A stretch of DNA of 64,000 bases from Spirochaetia bacterium (GCA_049519415.1 JBEKQU010000008.1:24516-88515); one strand, 5' to 3'; positions 28,568 through 38,538 are shown, numbered from the stretch's first letter. The notes: generated from the letters alone by a model not told the origin. Numbers and translations are program-made.

Positions 28568-30076
28568 CTATTTCGCTTTTCGCTTGTCCGTGCCCGCTTT
28601 CTCCGACGCGGAAGCCAGGCGTGTCGAGGTTTCCCTGTCCTTCGCCATCTCCTCCACCGTTTTCGTGTGCAGCCGGGCCGCTCCCGCGAAATCCCTTGTC
28701 GGGATTCGCTTCGCGCCCTTCTGCCGGCGCTTGGCTTGGGCGATTGCCTTCTTGTACTGCGGAAGCCACTGCTCTCCCGCAATCAGCATGTCGTCCACCA
28801 TCTGCCAGATCTCCGGCGGGTTGAGGACGGCGCCGGTGAGCGGGTCCATCATGAACGCCTGCCGCAGCAGCGCGTCGTCGCCGCGCACCGCCGCTTCCAC
28901 GGACAGGCGCTGCACGCTGATGCTCGCATTGCACACCGCGGCGCATCCCAGCGGCAGGTCGCCCACCACCGGGATATTCATGCCGTTTCCATCAACGTAG
29001 CCGGGGACCTCGACCACGGCGTCAGGAGGCAGGTTGGTGATGACGCCCTTGTTGACCACGTTGAAATGGCCCCGATACGTGCGTCCCGTTTCCAGTGCCT
29101 CGACGATGTACGAGCCGTGCTCATGGCCGCGATAGTCGGACCCAAACCTCAGCGGAGGCTCCTTGATCCAGTTGGGGAAGTCGTGCTCGAACCAGTTGCG
29201 GCCCTCCGTGCAGGCGCGCAGGTAGCCGCCCGTCTCCCCGCCGATCCACGTGGAGGTGTCGATCCAGTCCTTGATCTCGTCCAGCCGCTTGCGGTACCAG
29301 GGGAGGTACTCGCTCAGGTGGCCGTTGCTCTCCGTGCTGAAGTAGCCGAACCTGCGCAGCATGTCGATGCGCACCTTCTCGGCCTTTGCCACCTCGGGGT
29401 TCTCTTCCATGGCGGCCAGGAGCTTTCCGGTGAGGTCCTCCCCCTTGTGCCTGATGGAGACGTACCAGGTCTGGTGGTTTATCCCCGCGCAGATGATGTC
29501 CACCTCGTCCTGCTTCAGCCCGAAGACCTCCGCGATCAGCCGGTGCCCGCTGATGACGCCGTGACAGAGGCCCACGACCTTGACGCCGTGGCCGTATGCA
29601 TTGCACGCCCAGGTGTTCATGGCCATGGGGTTGGAGTAGTTCAAGAAAAGACAGCCGGGCGCGGCCGCCTCCGCGATGTCCTTGCAGAACTCCAGCAGCA
29701 CCGGCATGGTCCTCTGCCCGTACATGATCCCCCCTGGGCCGAGGGTGTCTCCCACGCATTGATCAACGCCATACCTCAGCGGCACGTCGATGTCCTCGGC
29801 AAAACCCTCCAACCCCCCCACGCGTACGAAGCTGAAGACGTAGTTGGCGTTCTTGAATGCCTTGCGCCGATCGCCGGTGGCGGTGAGCCGGGCAGGCAGC
29901 TTTGCGCTCTCCATGTCGCGCTTGACCAGCCGGTAGACCATGTCGAGGTTGCGGCGGCTGATGTCGGTCAACGACACCTGCGCGTCGCGCAGCTCGGGGA
30001 CGCAGAGAATATCGTGCACCATGGCGCGCGTGAACCCGACGCTTCCGGCGCCAACGATGGCTATTGTGATGCTCAT
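28568..30076 (-). CDS. melA: NAD-dependent alpha-galactosidase (GH4)
   Basis: IVGAGS, DTLGPGG, NYSNPM, GLCHG, AGINHQ, TESNGHLSEY. Confidence 0.85.
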   Translation of the reverse strand: MSITIAIVGAGSVGFTRAMVHDILCVPELRDAQVSLTDISRRNLDMVYRLVKRDMESAKLPARLTATGDRRKAFKNANYVFSFVRVGGLEGFAEDIDVPLRYGVDQCVGDTLGPGGIMYGQRTMPVLLEFCKDIAEAAAPGCLFLNYSNPMAMNTWACNAYGHGVKVVGLCHGVISGHRLIAEVFGLKQDEVDIICAGINHQTWYVSIRHKGEDLTGKLLAAMEENPEVAKAEKVRIDMLRRFGYFSTESNGHLSEYLPWYRKRLDEIKDWIDTSTWIGGETGGYLRACTEGRNWFEHDFPNWIKEPPLRFGSDYRGHEHGSYIVEALETGRTYRGHFNVVNKGVITNLPPDAVVEVPGYVDGNGMNIPVVGDLPLGCAAVCNASISVQRLSVEAAVRGDDALLRQAFMMDPLTGAVLNPPEIWQMVDDMLIAGEQWLPQYKKAIAQAKRRQKGAKRIPTRDFAGAARLHTKTVEEMAKDRETSTRLASASEKAGTDKRKAK

Positions 30077-30142
30077 GGGAGCCGAGTGTAGCGGAAAGAG
30101 TCCGCCCTGGGAAGCAGAGAGACCGCCCGAGGGAGTACCGCG

Positions 30143-30409
30143 CTAGACGTGGAAGGCCATCAGCACCAGGCGGAGCAGGATCAGGGCCCAGCCGACCAGG
30201 AGAATGATAAGCGCCACCTTGCGGGCGGCGGACGTCAGGATCACGAAAATCGTGAGGATCGCCAGGTAGCCGATGGGTTCCGCCAGGTCGGGAAGGCCCT
30301 TGGCCGAGGGCAGAATGCGTTGCACGAGCTGCACGATCCCCAGCCCGATGTAGCGCGCGATCGTGCTGAGAAATCCCATGATCTGGGTGAGAAGATCAGG
30401 TTGCGTCAC
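30143..30409 (-). CDS. Small hypothetical membrane protein
   Basis: GTG start after GGAGG; 2-3 hydrophobic helices; TATACT upstream. Confidence 0.65.
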   Translation of the reverse strand: MTQPDLLTQIMGFLSTIARYIGLGIVQLVQRILPSAKGLPDLAEPIGYLAILTIFVILTSAARKVALIILLVGWALILLRLVLMAFHV

Positions 30410-30498
30410 GCTAGCCTCCGGCCGACAGTATACCGCCGGGCCGGGCCGTCGAACAGTGCTTCCCGCGAGCCGCGGTATTGAGTACAATCGTCCGGCAC

Positions 30499-31641
30499 AT
30501 GGCGAACGATGCCTCACCTGCTCCGTCGAAAAGGATCTCCCGGGCTGAAGCCCTATCGCAGCTCAGGGAGGCGCACGCCTCAAGCCAGATCACCGGCGTC
30601 CTGGACACCGTTGCGGCGCCCATCGCCGTCCTCAATGCCGAGCGGCAGGTCATATTCGCCAACCGCGCCTTCCAGGAGTTTGCCGGATCCCCGAGCGTGG
30701 ATGAGATGTGCGGGGGAAGGCCCGGTGAGATCCTGGGATGCGCGCACGCGAAGAACGGGTGCGGTGAATCGGACTGGTGCGGGTTCTGCGGCGCCCTGCA
30801 GGCATTGCAGGAAACCCAGAGGACCGGGCAGGAGGTGGTGCGGGAATGCCACATCGCGTCCGACGGAGGGAACAGGGCCGCGGCGTACGACCTGCTGGTG
30901 CGCACCGCCCCCTTCCAGATCACCGGCCAGGCGTACGTGATGATCAGCTTCATCGACATCAACCACCAGAAACGCCGCATGGCTTTGGAAAAGATCTTCT
31001 TCCACGACATTCTGAACACGGCATCGAGCTTCCGGGTGTATCTTGACCTGCTGCGCCGCGGCATCTCGGATAACGACAGCCGCGGCCTGCTTGCGCGCCT
31101 TTCCGCGATCTGTGACACGCTGGAGGAGGAGATCCAGGCGCAGAAGATCATGCTCTCGGCGGAAAGCGGCACGCTGGAGACCCAGCGAAACCTCATTGAC
31201 GCGCGGGCCATTGCCCTGCATCTGAAGAGCCAGGCGGAAGGGCTGGAGATCGCCCGGGGCCGGACCATCGTGATTGCCCCGTTCTCAGAGCAGTTCGCCT
31301 TCATCAGCGACGATTCGCTGGTGAAACGGGTCCTGGGCAACATGCTGAAGAACGCCCTGGAAGCGTCCCCCAAAGGATCGGAGGTGACGATCGGGTTCCA
31401 CAAGGACGCGGAGGGCAGGGCGGCTTTTTCCGTGCACAACCCCACGTACATCGAGCAGGTCGTGCAGCGCCAGATTTTCCACCGGTATTTTTCCACCAAG
31501 GGAGAGGGCAGGGGCCTGGGCACGTGGGGCATGAAACTGTTCGCGGAAGACTATCTTGGCGGAAGCATCACGTTCGTCTCCAGCAGGGAGGAGGGCACGA
31601 CCTTCACCCTCGCCCTGCCCATCAAGCCGGCCGATTTCTGA
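30499..31641 (+). CDS. Cytoplasmic PAS-domain sensor histidine kinase
   Basis: PAS-like VLNAERQVIFANRAF, H-box FFHDILN, N-box NMLKNALEA, FSTKG, GRGLG. Confidence 0.88.
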   Translation: MANDASPAPSKRISRAEALSQLREAHASSQITGVLDTVAAPIAVLNAERQVIFANRAFQEFAGSPSVDEMCGGRPGEILGCAHAKNGCGESDWCGFCGALQALQETQRTGQEVVRECHIASDGGNRAAAYDLLVRTAPFQITGQAYVMISFIDINHQKRRMALEKIFFHDILNTASSFRVYLDLLRRGISDNDSRGLLARLSAICDTLEEEIQAQKIMLSAESGTLETQRNLIDARAIALHLKSQAEGLEIARGRTIVIAPFSEQFAFISDDSLVKRVLGNMLKNALEASPKGSEVTIGFHKDAEGRAAFSVHNPTYIEQVVQRQIFHRYFSTKGEGRGLGTWGMKLFAEDYLGGSITFVSSREEGTTFTLALPIKPADF

Positions 31642-31665
31642 TCCCCGGGAGCGCGCGGGGAAAAC

Positions 31666-32646
31666 CTAGCTCAAGCGCCCCTGTTCCTTGAACCACGTGC
31701 ACGTGTCGCGCACGGTGTCCCGCAGAGCCCGCGGAGCGTGGCCGAGCTCCCTGCGCGCGCGTTCGTGGCTGACATTCCTGTTTCCCTGGAGAACCTTGAG
31801 GGTATACCCGGTAAAGAGGGGCGTTCTTCCCGTCAGCCGGCAGAAAGCGGATGAAAAGGGCGCGCCTGCCCGCGCAAGCCAGAGGGGGCACATGAGCCGG
31901 GGGGCCTGGCTGCCCGCCGCGTCGCTGGCAAGCTGCGCCAGCTCGGCCATGGAGGCCCACCGCCCTCCCACGATGTAGCGGCTGCCCGAGGGAGCGCGTT
32001 CAGCCGCGGCAATGGCTGCCTCTGCCACGTCGCGCACGTCCACCCAGTCGAACCCGCCTTCAATGAGGATCGGGAAGCGTCCCTCGGCCCATGCCAGGAT
32101 TGCCCTGCCCAGGAGCGAGGGCTTGAAATCGTATGGCCCGATGATCGCCGTGGGGTTGAGGATCACCGCATCCAGTCCTTCGGCCATGGCGCGCCGCACC
32201 TCGGTTTCCGCCTGGGCCTTTGTAGCGGCGTACGGGGAGCCGGCCCTCCCGTTGACAAAGGGCCGGTCCTCGTCAACCACGGTATCCAGAGGCCGGGGCT
32301 CCAAAGCCTCGATGGAGCTGAAATACACCAGCCTCCGCACGCCCGCCTTTCGGCAGGCGGCAATCACGTTCCGCGTTCCTCCAACGTTTGCCTCCGCAAC
32401 CTCTCCCGCGTCTGCCCGGGTGATCGAGATGCGCGCGGCCGTGTGAAACACCACGTCGGAGCCTTCAAAGGCCGGCACGAGCGTCTCCGGCTTGCCGATG
32501 TCCCCGACGCGCGTCTCGACATCAAGCCCATCGAGTCCCGCGCCATTCCTGCGAATCATTGCGCGCACGGCATGGCCGTGCGCGACAAGAGCCCTTGCCA
32601 GTGCAACCCCAACGTGACCCGCAGCACCTGTGATCGTTGCCTTCAT
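31666..32646 (-). CDS. NAD-dependent epimerase/dehydratase (dihydroflavonol reductase/HpnA-like)
   Basis: ITGAAGHVG, FHTAA, YAATK, VDVRDVA. Confidence 0.88.
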   Translation of the reverse strand: MKATITGAAGHVGVALARALVAHGHAVRAMIRRNGAGLDGLDVETRVGDIGKPETLVPAFEGSDVVFHTAARISITRADAGEVAEANVGGTRNVIAACRKAGVRRLVYFSSIEALEPRPLDTVVDEDRPFVNGRAGSPYAATKAQAETEVRRAMAEGLDAVILNPTAIIGPYDFKPSLLGRAILAWAEGRFPILIEGGFDWVDVRDVAEAAIAAAERAPSGSRYIVGGRWASMAELAQLASDAAGSQAPRLMCPLWLARAGAPFSSAFCRLTGRTPLFTGYTLKVLQGNRNVSHERARRELGHAPRALRDTVRDTCTWFKEQGRLS

Positions 32647-32725
32647 TTGCTATACCGAGGCTCTCTATGCCATCGACAGGCACAGTATATCGAGAGCAAG
32701 GATGAAAGGCAACCTCAACAGCTTT

Positions 32726-33535
32726 TCAGGCCCCCACAAAGGCTGAAACAGCGAAAGGCACGATTGCCAGAAGCGCCGCCCATGCCTTGCGGCTGGGAGC
32801 GCTCGCCCTTGCATCCCATTCAAAGAGCAGGGCTGCCAGCGTAAACGTAATGACCACGCTCGATGCGAGCACTGCCAGGGAGATCCAGGGCATTCCCCCG
32901 GATCCCGGCATGCCCATTGCCATAAAGACCTTCATGCAGTGGGTGGCAGGGAGCAGAAGGGCAACTTTTTGCATGCCAGAGGGGAGGATAGAGAGGGGGA
33001 CCGTGATACCCCCCAGAATGATCGAAGGGATATAGATGAGCTGCCCGATCAGGGTGGAGGCGGTATTGTTTCCCGCGGCCACGCCGATGAGCGTACCTAT
33101 TCCCGCGTAGACCGCGTAAATGAGAAGCCCCGCAAGGATGAACCCCCCAATGCTCTGCGGAGCAACGCCGCCGTACAGCCTGACTCCCGCCACGGATATG
33201 ATGACCGCCACGACAGCCATGTGCACGCCGATGGTGAGCACGGGGATGGAAAGGATGGACGCCGCGGGAACGCCGTTGATCCGATAGCTGCGGAACACCC
33301 CCGTCTCCCGGGCCCCCACGAGAAAGGTCGGGAGGTTCAGAAGCGCGGAGCACATGAACGCGAACAGGACCATGGCAGGCAGCATTAACTGTTTGAAGCC
33401 CGGGTTCACGGAAGCCATCATGCCGCCGACGAGCGCAAAAAACACCATGGGGAAGAGGTAGAACATGAACAGTTTTGACCTGTCCCTGATGCCGGTCTTG
33501 AAATCATACGCCAGGTGATGAACAAACGCCTTCAT
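32726..33535 (-). CDS. ABC-2 type exporter permease
   Basis: Multiple TM helices; RETGVFRSY and LLPATH patterns. Confidence 0.85.
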   Translation of the reverse strand: MKAFVHHLAYDFKTGIRDRSKLFMFYLFPMVFFALVGGMMASVNPGFKQLMLPAMVLFAFMCSALLNLPTFLVGARETGVFRSYRINGVPAASILSIPVLTIGVHMAVVAVIISVAGVRLYGGVAPQSIGGFILAGLLIYAVYAGIGTLIGVAAGNNTASTLIGQLIYIPSIILGGITVPLSILPSGMQKVALLLPATHCMKVFMAMGMPGSGGMPWISLAVLASSVVITFTLAALLFEWDARASAPSRKAWAALLAIVPFAVSAFVGA

Positions 33536-34458
33536 TGCAAAGCTCCTTGTTTCTGATCAGAGGTGATCTCGAGGAATCGTTCCTCGAGGCTTGGCCGTTC
33601 GACGCGAAGGTCGATGAGGGGATCGCCCTCCTGGTCCAGCCATGTGAGAATCGCGCCCACTGATTTTCCAGGATTATCGGAGAGATAAACCGCGTACCCA
33701 TCAGTGCGGCCCTGGGGAATGGCAGAGGGAAACGCCATCTTCTCTTCGAGAAGGCGTCCGGCCTCCGTGGAAACTGAAATGCGGGTCCGCCGGTCCCCGG
33801 CCGCCGTGATCTGCCGGGGGCTTCCCATTGCGGCAATTTCTCCGCGCAGGAGGATGGCCACGCTGTCCGCGAGCTTTTCAGCTTCGGCCATGTCATGCGT
33901 GGCCAGGATCACCGTGGCGCCCTTCTCGCGCAGCTCCCGGGCCAGCGCGTGCAGATCGGCGCGCGACTGCACGTCAAGGCCCGCCGTGGGCTCGTCAAGG
34001 AAAACAACCGCGGGGTCGTGCGCGATGGCTATCGCAAGCGCGAGCCTGCGCTGCAAGCCGACGGAGAGCTTCCCGTACTGAGTCCCGCGCTTTTGGCCAA
34101 GCCCGAGCCTCTCAATAAGGTCGTTGCGCACCGGCACGCCGTGGTAGCTGCAAAAAAAGAGCATGGCTTCCTCAACGGTCATAGCGGCAGGCAGCGCGGA
34201 GGTCTGCAACTGCACGCCGATCAGGTTGCGAAGCCGCCGGGACTGGTGGGTGGGATCGATCCCCGCTATCCTGAGGCTGCCGGCATCCGGGCGCCGGATG
34301 CCTTCCAGGCTTTCCAGCGTGGTCGTCTTGCCCGATCCATTGGGCCCCAGAAGGGCGAATATCTCCCCCTTCTGCACCGTAAAGCTGATGTCCTTGACTG
34401 CCACGGTCTGTCCGTAGCATTTTCTGAAGCCCTGAACAGAAACCATTCCTTCACTCAC
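33532..34458 (-). CDS. ABC exporter ATP-binding protein
   Basis: GPNGSGKT, LSVG signature, FLDEPT, TH, PSLEE. Confidence 0.92.
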   Translation of the reverse strand: MSEGMVSVQGFRKCYGQTVAVKDISFTVQKGEIFALLGPNGSGKTTTLESLEGIRRPDAGSLRIAGIDPTHQSRRLRNLIGVQLQTSALPAAMTVEEAMLFFCSYHGVPVRNDLIERLGLGQKRGTQYGKLSVGLQRRLALAIAIAHDPAVVFLDEPTAGLDVQSRADLHALARELREKGATVILATHDMAEAEKLADSVAILLRGEIAAMGSPRQITAAGDRRTRISVSTEAGRLLEEKMAFPSAIPQGRTDGYAVYLSDNPGKSVGAILTWLDQEGDPLIDLRVERPSLEERFLEITSDQKQGALQ

Positions 34459-35047
34459 CTTTCTTTCCTCCTTCCATGAGTTTCTTCATGTCTGATATCG
34501 AAAATAGATATATGGCCGCGCTCACTTCCTGGATAATGGCGCTGATTCTCTCCTCCGGCAGGTCGATCACTCCGCCTGAAATCAGGGAAGCCAGGCCGTG
34601 GGTGAAAGCCCAGTTGTAAAGGACAACCGGGTCCTTCAGCGCCACCGCGGCCTGATCAGCAAGATCCACCACGCCATCCAGCGCGACCACGTCCCTGGCC
34701 TGCCCTGGTTCGTCGGGGCGATTGGCCGTCAATGGCCGATCCACGTAGAGAAACCGGAAAAGGTTCCGCTCGTCCCGGGCAAAGGTCACGTACCCTATCG
34801 CGGAGTTCAACAGCGTGTTTTCCGTGTATTTTCTGCGCTGGTACTCCTGCATGCAGCTCTGCGCGCGCATGCGAACCTCCTTCTCGATCTCCTCCATGGA
34901 CTTGAGGCTCGAATACAGAGGCATGGTGGAGGATGCCAGCTTCTGAGCGATGTTTCGCGCAGTCACCGCCCCCCATCCCTGCTCCCGCGTCAACTGGAAA
35001 GCAGCCTCGACGATCATTTCTTTCTTGAACACCGTTCTTTGTGTCAT
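34451..35047 (-). CDS. TetR/AcrR family transcriptional regulator
   Basis: IVEAAFQL...TARNIAQKL..STMPLYS HTH; C-terminal HGLA. Confidence 0.88.
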   Translation of the reverse strand: MTQRTVFKKEMIVEAAFQLTREQGWGAVTARNIAQKLASSTMPLYSSLKSMEEIEKEVRMRAQSCMQEYQRRKYTENTLLNSAIGYVTFARDERNLFRFLYVDRPLTANRPDEPGQARDVVALDGVVDLADQAAVALKDPVVLYNWAFTHGLASLISGGVIDLPEERISAIIQEVSAAIYLFSISDMKKLMEGGKKGE

Positions 35048-35060
35048 CTGCCCCCCTTTT

Positions 35061-35105
35061 TATAACGTTGGTTATATTATATAACCTTTGTTATTTGAAT
35101 GTCAA
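35061..35105 (-). promoter_or_regulatory. Promoter and tandem TetR operators
   Basis: TTGACA-N18-TATAAT on the minus strand, overlapped by two ATAAC-N4-GTTAT palindromes (35062-35075, 35081-35094). Confidence 0.8.
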
Positions 35106-35179
35106 GCGCTTTTATAAAAAAATACATCTTGTGCCTTGGCCGTGATTTTCTATAAGCTGGGACAAGACAAGCGGGAGAA

Positions 35180-36463
35180 ATGCGAGCAATTTCCTTCATA
35201 CTCATTCTCTTCGCTATTGCCGCGGCCTGGTGCCCGGCGCAATCAACCTTCGTGGACAGCCTTGCAAAGAAAGGCGAAGTCGAGATCCCCATCGCGCAAG
35301 CCAAGATGCTGGAGTCGGAGCTTGGCCAGCTCTTCATCATCAACGTGGATGGCTTCGGATACTCGGGCCCGCTCGCCCTGGAGCCCGGCTATGCCGAGCT
35401 GGTGCAGCGCCTGCAGATCGGCGGCGTCATTCCCCATTATGGCAGCACGAGCTACGAGAAGATCCGGCGCACAAATCAGACCCTGTCCGGGTTGACGCGG
35501 CTGCCGCTGCTCATCTGCTGCGACATCGTGAAGCTCAAAGGCCCCTCAGGACTGGGCTCCTTTGGCGACGGGTACGTCGGCGGGTTCCTCGGGAAGTTCA
35601 GGCGCATGCAGGATGCCGAGCTTTCAACGCTGGCAGCGCTCAATGCATTCGCCTTTGCGGCCATCGGGATCAACGTCGCCCTCGGCCCCACGGTGGATAC
35701 GAGCACGGGGGAAACCCGGACACCGGACAGGGCGCGCCTGGTCATGGATCAGATGAAGAGCTTCGGCCTGGAGCCGGTTCTCAAGCACTTTCCATTCCTC
35801 CCGACAACCGCAAATCTCCACCATGCCTCGCCCGACATGAAACTGGAGCTCAGCGAGGCGGAAAAGCGCTTCGCCATCTTCCAGGAGCTTGCCCCCGAGG
35901 CCGGCATCATGATGACCACCCACCTCTATGATTCGAACGTGGACCAGGGCCTTGTCACCTTCTCCCCTGCCTGGAACAGCCTGCTGCGCGACCGGACCGG
36001 TTTTAATGGTCTTCTCATGTCAGACGGGCTTCTCATGCTGAAGAATTACGCCGACAGAAGCGTGCTGGCCGGCGGCCCTGCGGGCCAGGATGTCGAGGGG
36101 CTGGACGAGGCCGCGGTATGGGCCCTGCGCGCGATCCTTGCGGGACATGATTTGATCATCGTGGAAGGCTCGGCGCCGCAGACCTCCCGCGTTTTCGAGG
36201 GCCTGCTGACGGCCGCATGCCGCGGCACCCCGCTGGGCGGGAAGCTGCGGGAGCGGATCGACGAATCCTCCGCAAGGATCGCGCGCTGGAAACAGGATCG
36301 GGAGCAAACCCTGCGCCGCGTCGTCGACGTGTCCGCGGCTGCCATGGATGCCGTGATCGGCATGCTTCCCGATGAGGATGCCAGCCTCCCTGAGTTCCGC
36401 TTCGATCCTGCCGGCCTGGCGCGCCTGGAGCCTGAGCTGCGCGCCGCAATGGTGACTCGGTAG
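35180..36463 (+). CDS. Secreted GH3 N-terminal domain protein (NagZ-like, divergent)
   Basis: Signal peptide; LGQLF, GINVALGPTVD, LKHFP, MMTTH, FNGLLMSD, ILAGHD. Confidence 0.75.
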   Translation: MRAISFILILFAIAAAWCPAQSTFVDSLAKKGEVEIPIAQAKMLESELGQLFIINVDGFGYSGPLALEPGYAELVQRLQIGGVIPHYGSTSYEKIRRTNQTLSGLTRLPLLICCDIVKLKGPSGLGSFGDGYVGGFLGKFRRMQDAELSTLAALNAFAFAAIGINVALGPTVDTSTGETRTPDRARLVMDQMKSFGLEPVLKHFPFLPTTANLHHASPDMKLELSEAEKRFAIFQELAPEAGIMMTTHLYDSNVDQGLVTFSPAWNSLLRDRTGFNGLLMSDGLLMLKNYADRSVLAGGPAGQDVEGLDEAAVWALRAILAGHDLIIVEGSAPQTSRVFEGLLTAACRGTPLGGKLRERIDESSARIARWKQDREQTLRRVVDVSAAAMDAVIGMLPDEDASLPEFRFDPAGLARLEPELRAAMVTR

Positions 36464-36497
36464 GCGCGGCGCCGCTGCTCGTGCTACGTTTCACACA

Positions 36498-37175
36498 ATG
36501 CCGCTCTCCGAGCTATGGATCGTCTTCTCCCTCTCCTTTGTCACCGCGCTCAGCGGCGCGCTCATGCCCGGGCCGCTTCTCACCTACACCATCGCCCGCA
36601 CGCTGCGGACAACACGAGCGGGATGGTTCATCGGAGTGCGCGTGGTTGCCGGACACGCCGCGCTGGAAGGCGTGCTCCTCTGCGGATTGGTGCTCGGGGT
36701 CGTGGAGTTCCTCCGCAACCCCCTTGCGGCGAAGATCATTGGCGTGCTGGGCGCCGCGCTCCTCCTGTACATGGGCATCGGCCTGCTCCGGGAGACCATC
36801 CAAGGCAAGGGCATCGATTTGTCCATCGATAAAGCCCCGGCAGGCAAAGCCAGCATGGTGAGCCGGCTGAACCCCGTGCTCGCCGGCGCCCTGGTGTCCA
36901 TGGGAAACCCGTACTGGTGGATCTGGTGGGTCACTATCGGGTCCGCTTTCCTGCTGCGTTTCAATGTCACGTGGGAACGATGGCAGGCGCTCCTGGCATT
37001 CTTCATCGGCCATGAGCTGGGCGACCTCGGCTGGTACACCTTTGTCTCCACCGCCCTTCACCTGGGACGGAAGAGCATTCCCCGCGGCGCCACAATGATC
37101 ATGCTGGCCGTCTGCGGCATTGCCATCATCGGGTTCGGCGCATATCTCGGCATCTCTCCCTTTCTCGCGCATTGA
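36498..37175 (+). CDS. LysE family transporter
   Basis: LSGALMPGP, GHAALE, NPYWWIWW, GHELGD. Confidence 0.85.
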   Translation: MPLSELWIVFSLSFVTALSGALMPGPLLTYTIARTLRTTRAGWFIGVRVVAGHAALEGVLLCGLVLGVVEFLRNPLAAKIIGVLGAALLLYMGIGLLRETIQGKGIDLSIDKAPAGKASMVSRLNPVLAGALVSMGNPYWWIWWVTIGSAFLLRFNVTWERWQALLAFFIGHELGDLGWYTFVSTALHLGRKSIPRGATMIMLAVCGIAIIGFGAYLGISPFLAH

Positions 37176-37200
37176 CATCTGGTGTTTTTCCTGATATTTC
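37172..37200 (+). promoter_or_regulatory. Putative sigma70 promoter of the MFS gene
   Basis: TTGACA-N17-TATTTC with TG extension. Confidence 0.45.
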
Positions 37201-37242
37201 AGGGCAGAGTTTTCGACAGCCTTCTCCAAGGACGGCAAAAAA

Positions 37243-38538
37243 ATGGTAACTGAAACCAAAACCGGCAGCCGCTGGCTGATTGCCGCGATGGGCACTGTTC
37301 TCATGCTGTGCCTGGGAACCGTGTACGCGTGGAGTTTCTTCCAGGGCCTGCTTGTCCGGGAGTTCAAGGACGTCTTCGGCTGGTCCAACACCCAGGTGGC
37401 ATGGATCTTTTCCCTGGCCATTTTCTGCCTCGGTTTGACGGCTGCCTGGGGCGGCGTGCAGCTTCCTAAGAGGAATCCCCGCGCGCTGGCGATGATCGGC
37501 GCTCTTTTATTTGCGGCCGGCTACGCAGTTGCGGCATTCGCGTTCAGCATCAAGTCCCTGGTCCTTCTGTATGCCGGCTACGGGGTGATCGGCGGAATCG
37601 GCCTCGGCCTGGGATACGTGACCCCCGTTGCAACGGTGGCCAAGTGGTTCCCCGACAGGAAGGGCTTGGCAACCGGAATGGTCGTGATGGGCTTCGGCCT
37701 CGGTGCGCTGTTCATGAGCAAGGTGCTCGCTCCCCTCTTTCTTGAACTTGCCGGCAGGAACCTCGTGACGGTATTCCTCTGCCTGAGCGGCGTATTCCTT
37801 GTTCTGGGCCTCGCATCCGCCGCCTTCATGCGCAACCCGCCCGCCGGGTGGCAGCCGCCAGGCTTTACCCCTCCGGTGAAAAGCACGGTCGCTGCATCAG
37901 GCTCTGAGCTTCCCGCGCGCCGCGCGGTTTTCTCCGGCAGGTTCTTTTCACTCTGGATCGTTTTCTTCTGCAACATAACGGCAGGCATCTCCATCATCAG
38001 CTTCCAATCCCCCCTGTTCCAGGACCTCTGGAAAAGACTCACCCCCGACCTTGCGGCTGCAACGCTCGCCGCATACGGGGCAACCCTGGTGGCGATCAGC
38101 TCCCTTTTCAATGGAGGGGGACGCTTCCTCTGGGGCGTGGTTTCCGACCGGATCGGCAGGTCCCAGACCTTCCGGGTCATGCTCGGTTCCGAGATCGTCG
38201 TCTTCGCCCTGCTGGTGATCACCAGAAACCCCTGGGTTTTCGCCGTCCTGGTGTGCTGGATTCTTATGTGCTATGGCGGCGGATTCGGCACCATGCCGTC
38301 CTTCATCGGCGACGTGTTCGGCGCCCGGCTGATGTCGGCCGTCTACGGCGCCGTGCTCACCACGTGGGCGGTTGCCGGCATCGTGGGTCCCCAGATCTTC
38401 GCCGTATTCCAGGACGCCTTGAGTTCGTCGGATGCCTCTTTCTGGTCGTTCATCGTGGCGGGCGGATTTGCGATTTTAGGGCTCGTGCTTTCGTTCCGCT
38501 TGAGCAACAAGCCCATGGAAGCGGAAAAACAGCGGTAA
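37243..38538 (+). CDS. OFA family MFS transporter (oxalate/formate antiporter-like)
   Basis: LGTVYAWS, KWFPDRKGLATG, NGGGRF, SDRIGR, YGGGF. Confidence 0.88.
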   Translation: MVTETKTGSRWLIAAMGTVLMLCLGTVYAWSFFQGLLVREFKDVFGWSNTQVAWIFSLAIFCLGLTAAWGGVQLPKRNPRALAMIGALLFAAGYAVAAFAFSIKSLVLLYAGYGVIGGIGLGLGYVTPVATVAKWFPDRKGLATGMVVMGFGLGALFMSKVLAPLFLELAGRNLVTVFLCLSGVFLVLGLASAAFMRNPPAGWQPPGFTPPVKSTVAASGSELPARRAVFSGRFFSLWIVFFCNITAGISIISFQSPLFQDLWKRLTPDLAAATLAAYGATLVAISSLFNGGGRFLWGVVSDRIGRSQTFRVMLGSEIVVFALLVITRNPWVFAVLVCWILMCYGGGFGTMPSFIGDVFGARLMSAVYGAVLTTWAVAGIVGPQIFAVFQDALSSSDASFWSFIVAGGFAILGLVLSFRLSNKPMEAEKQR

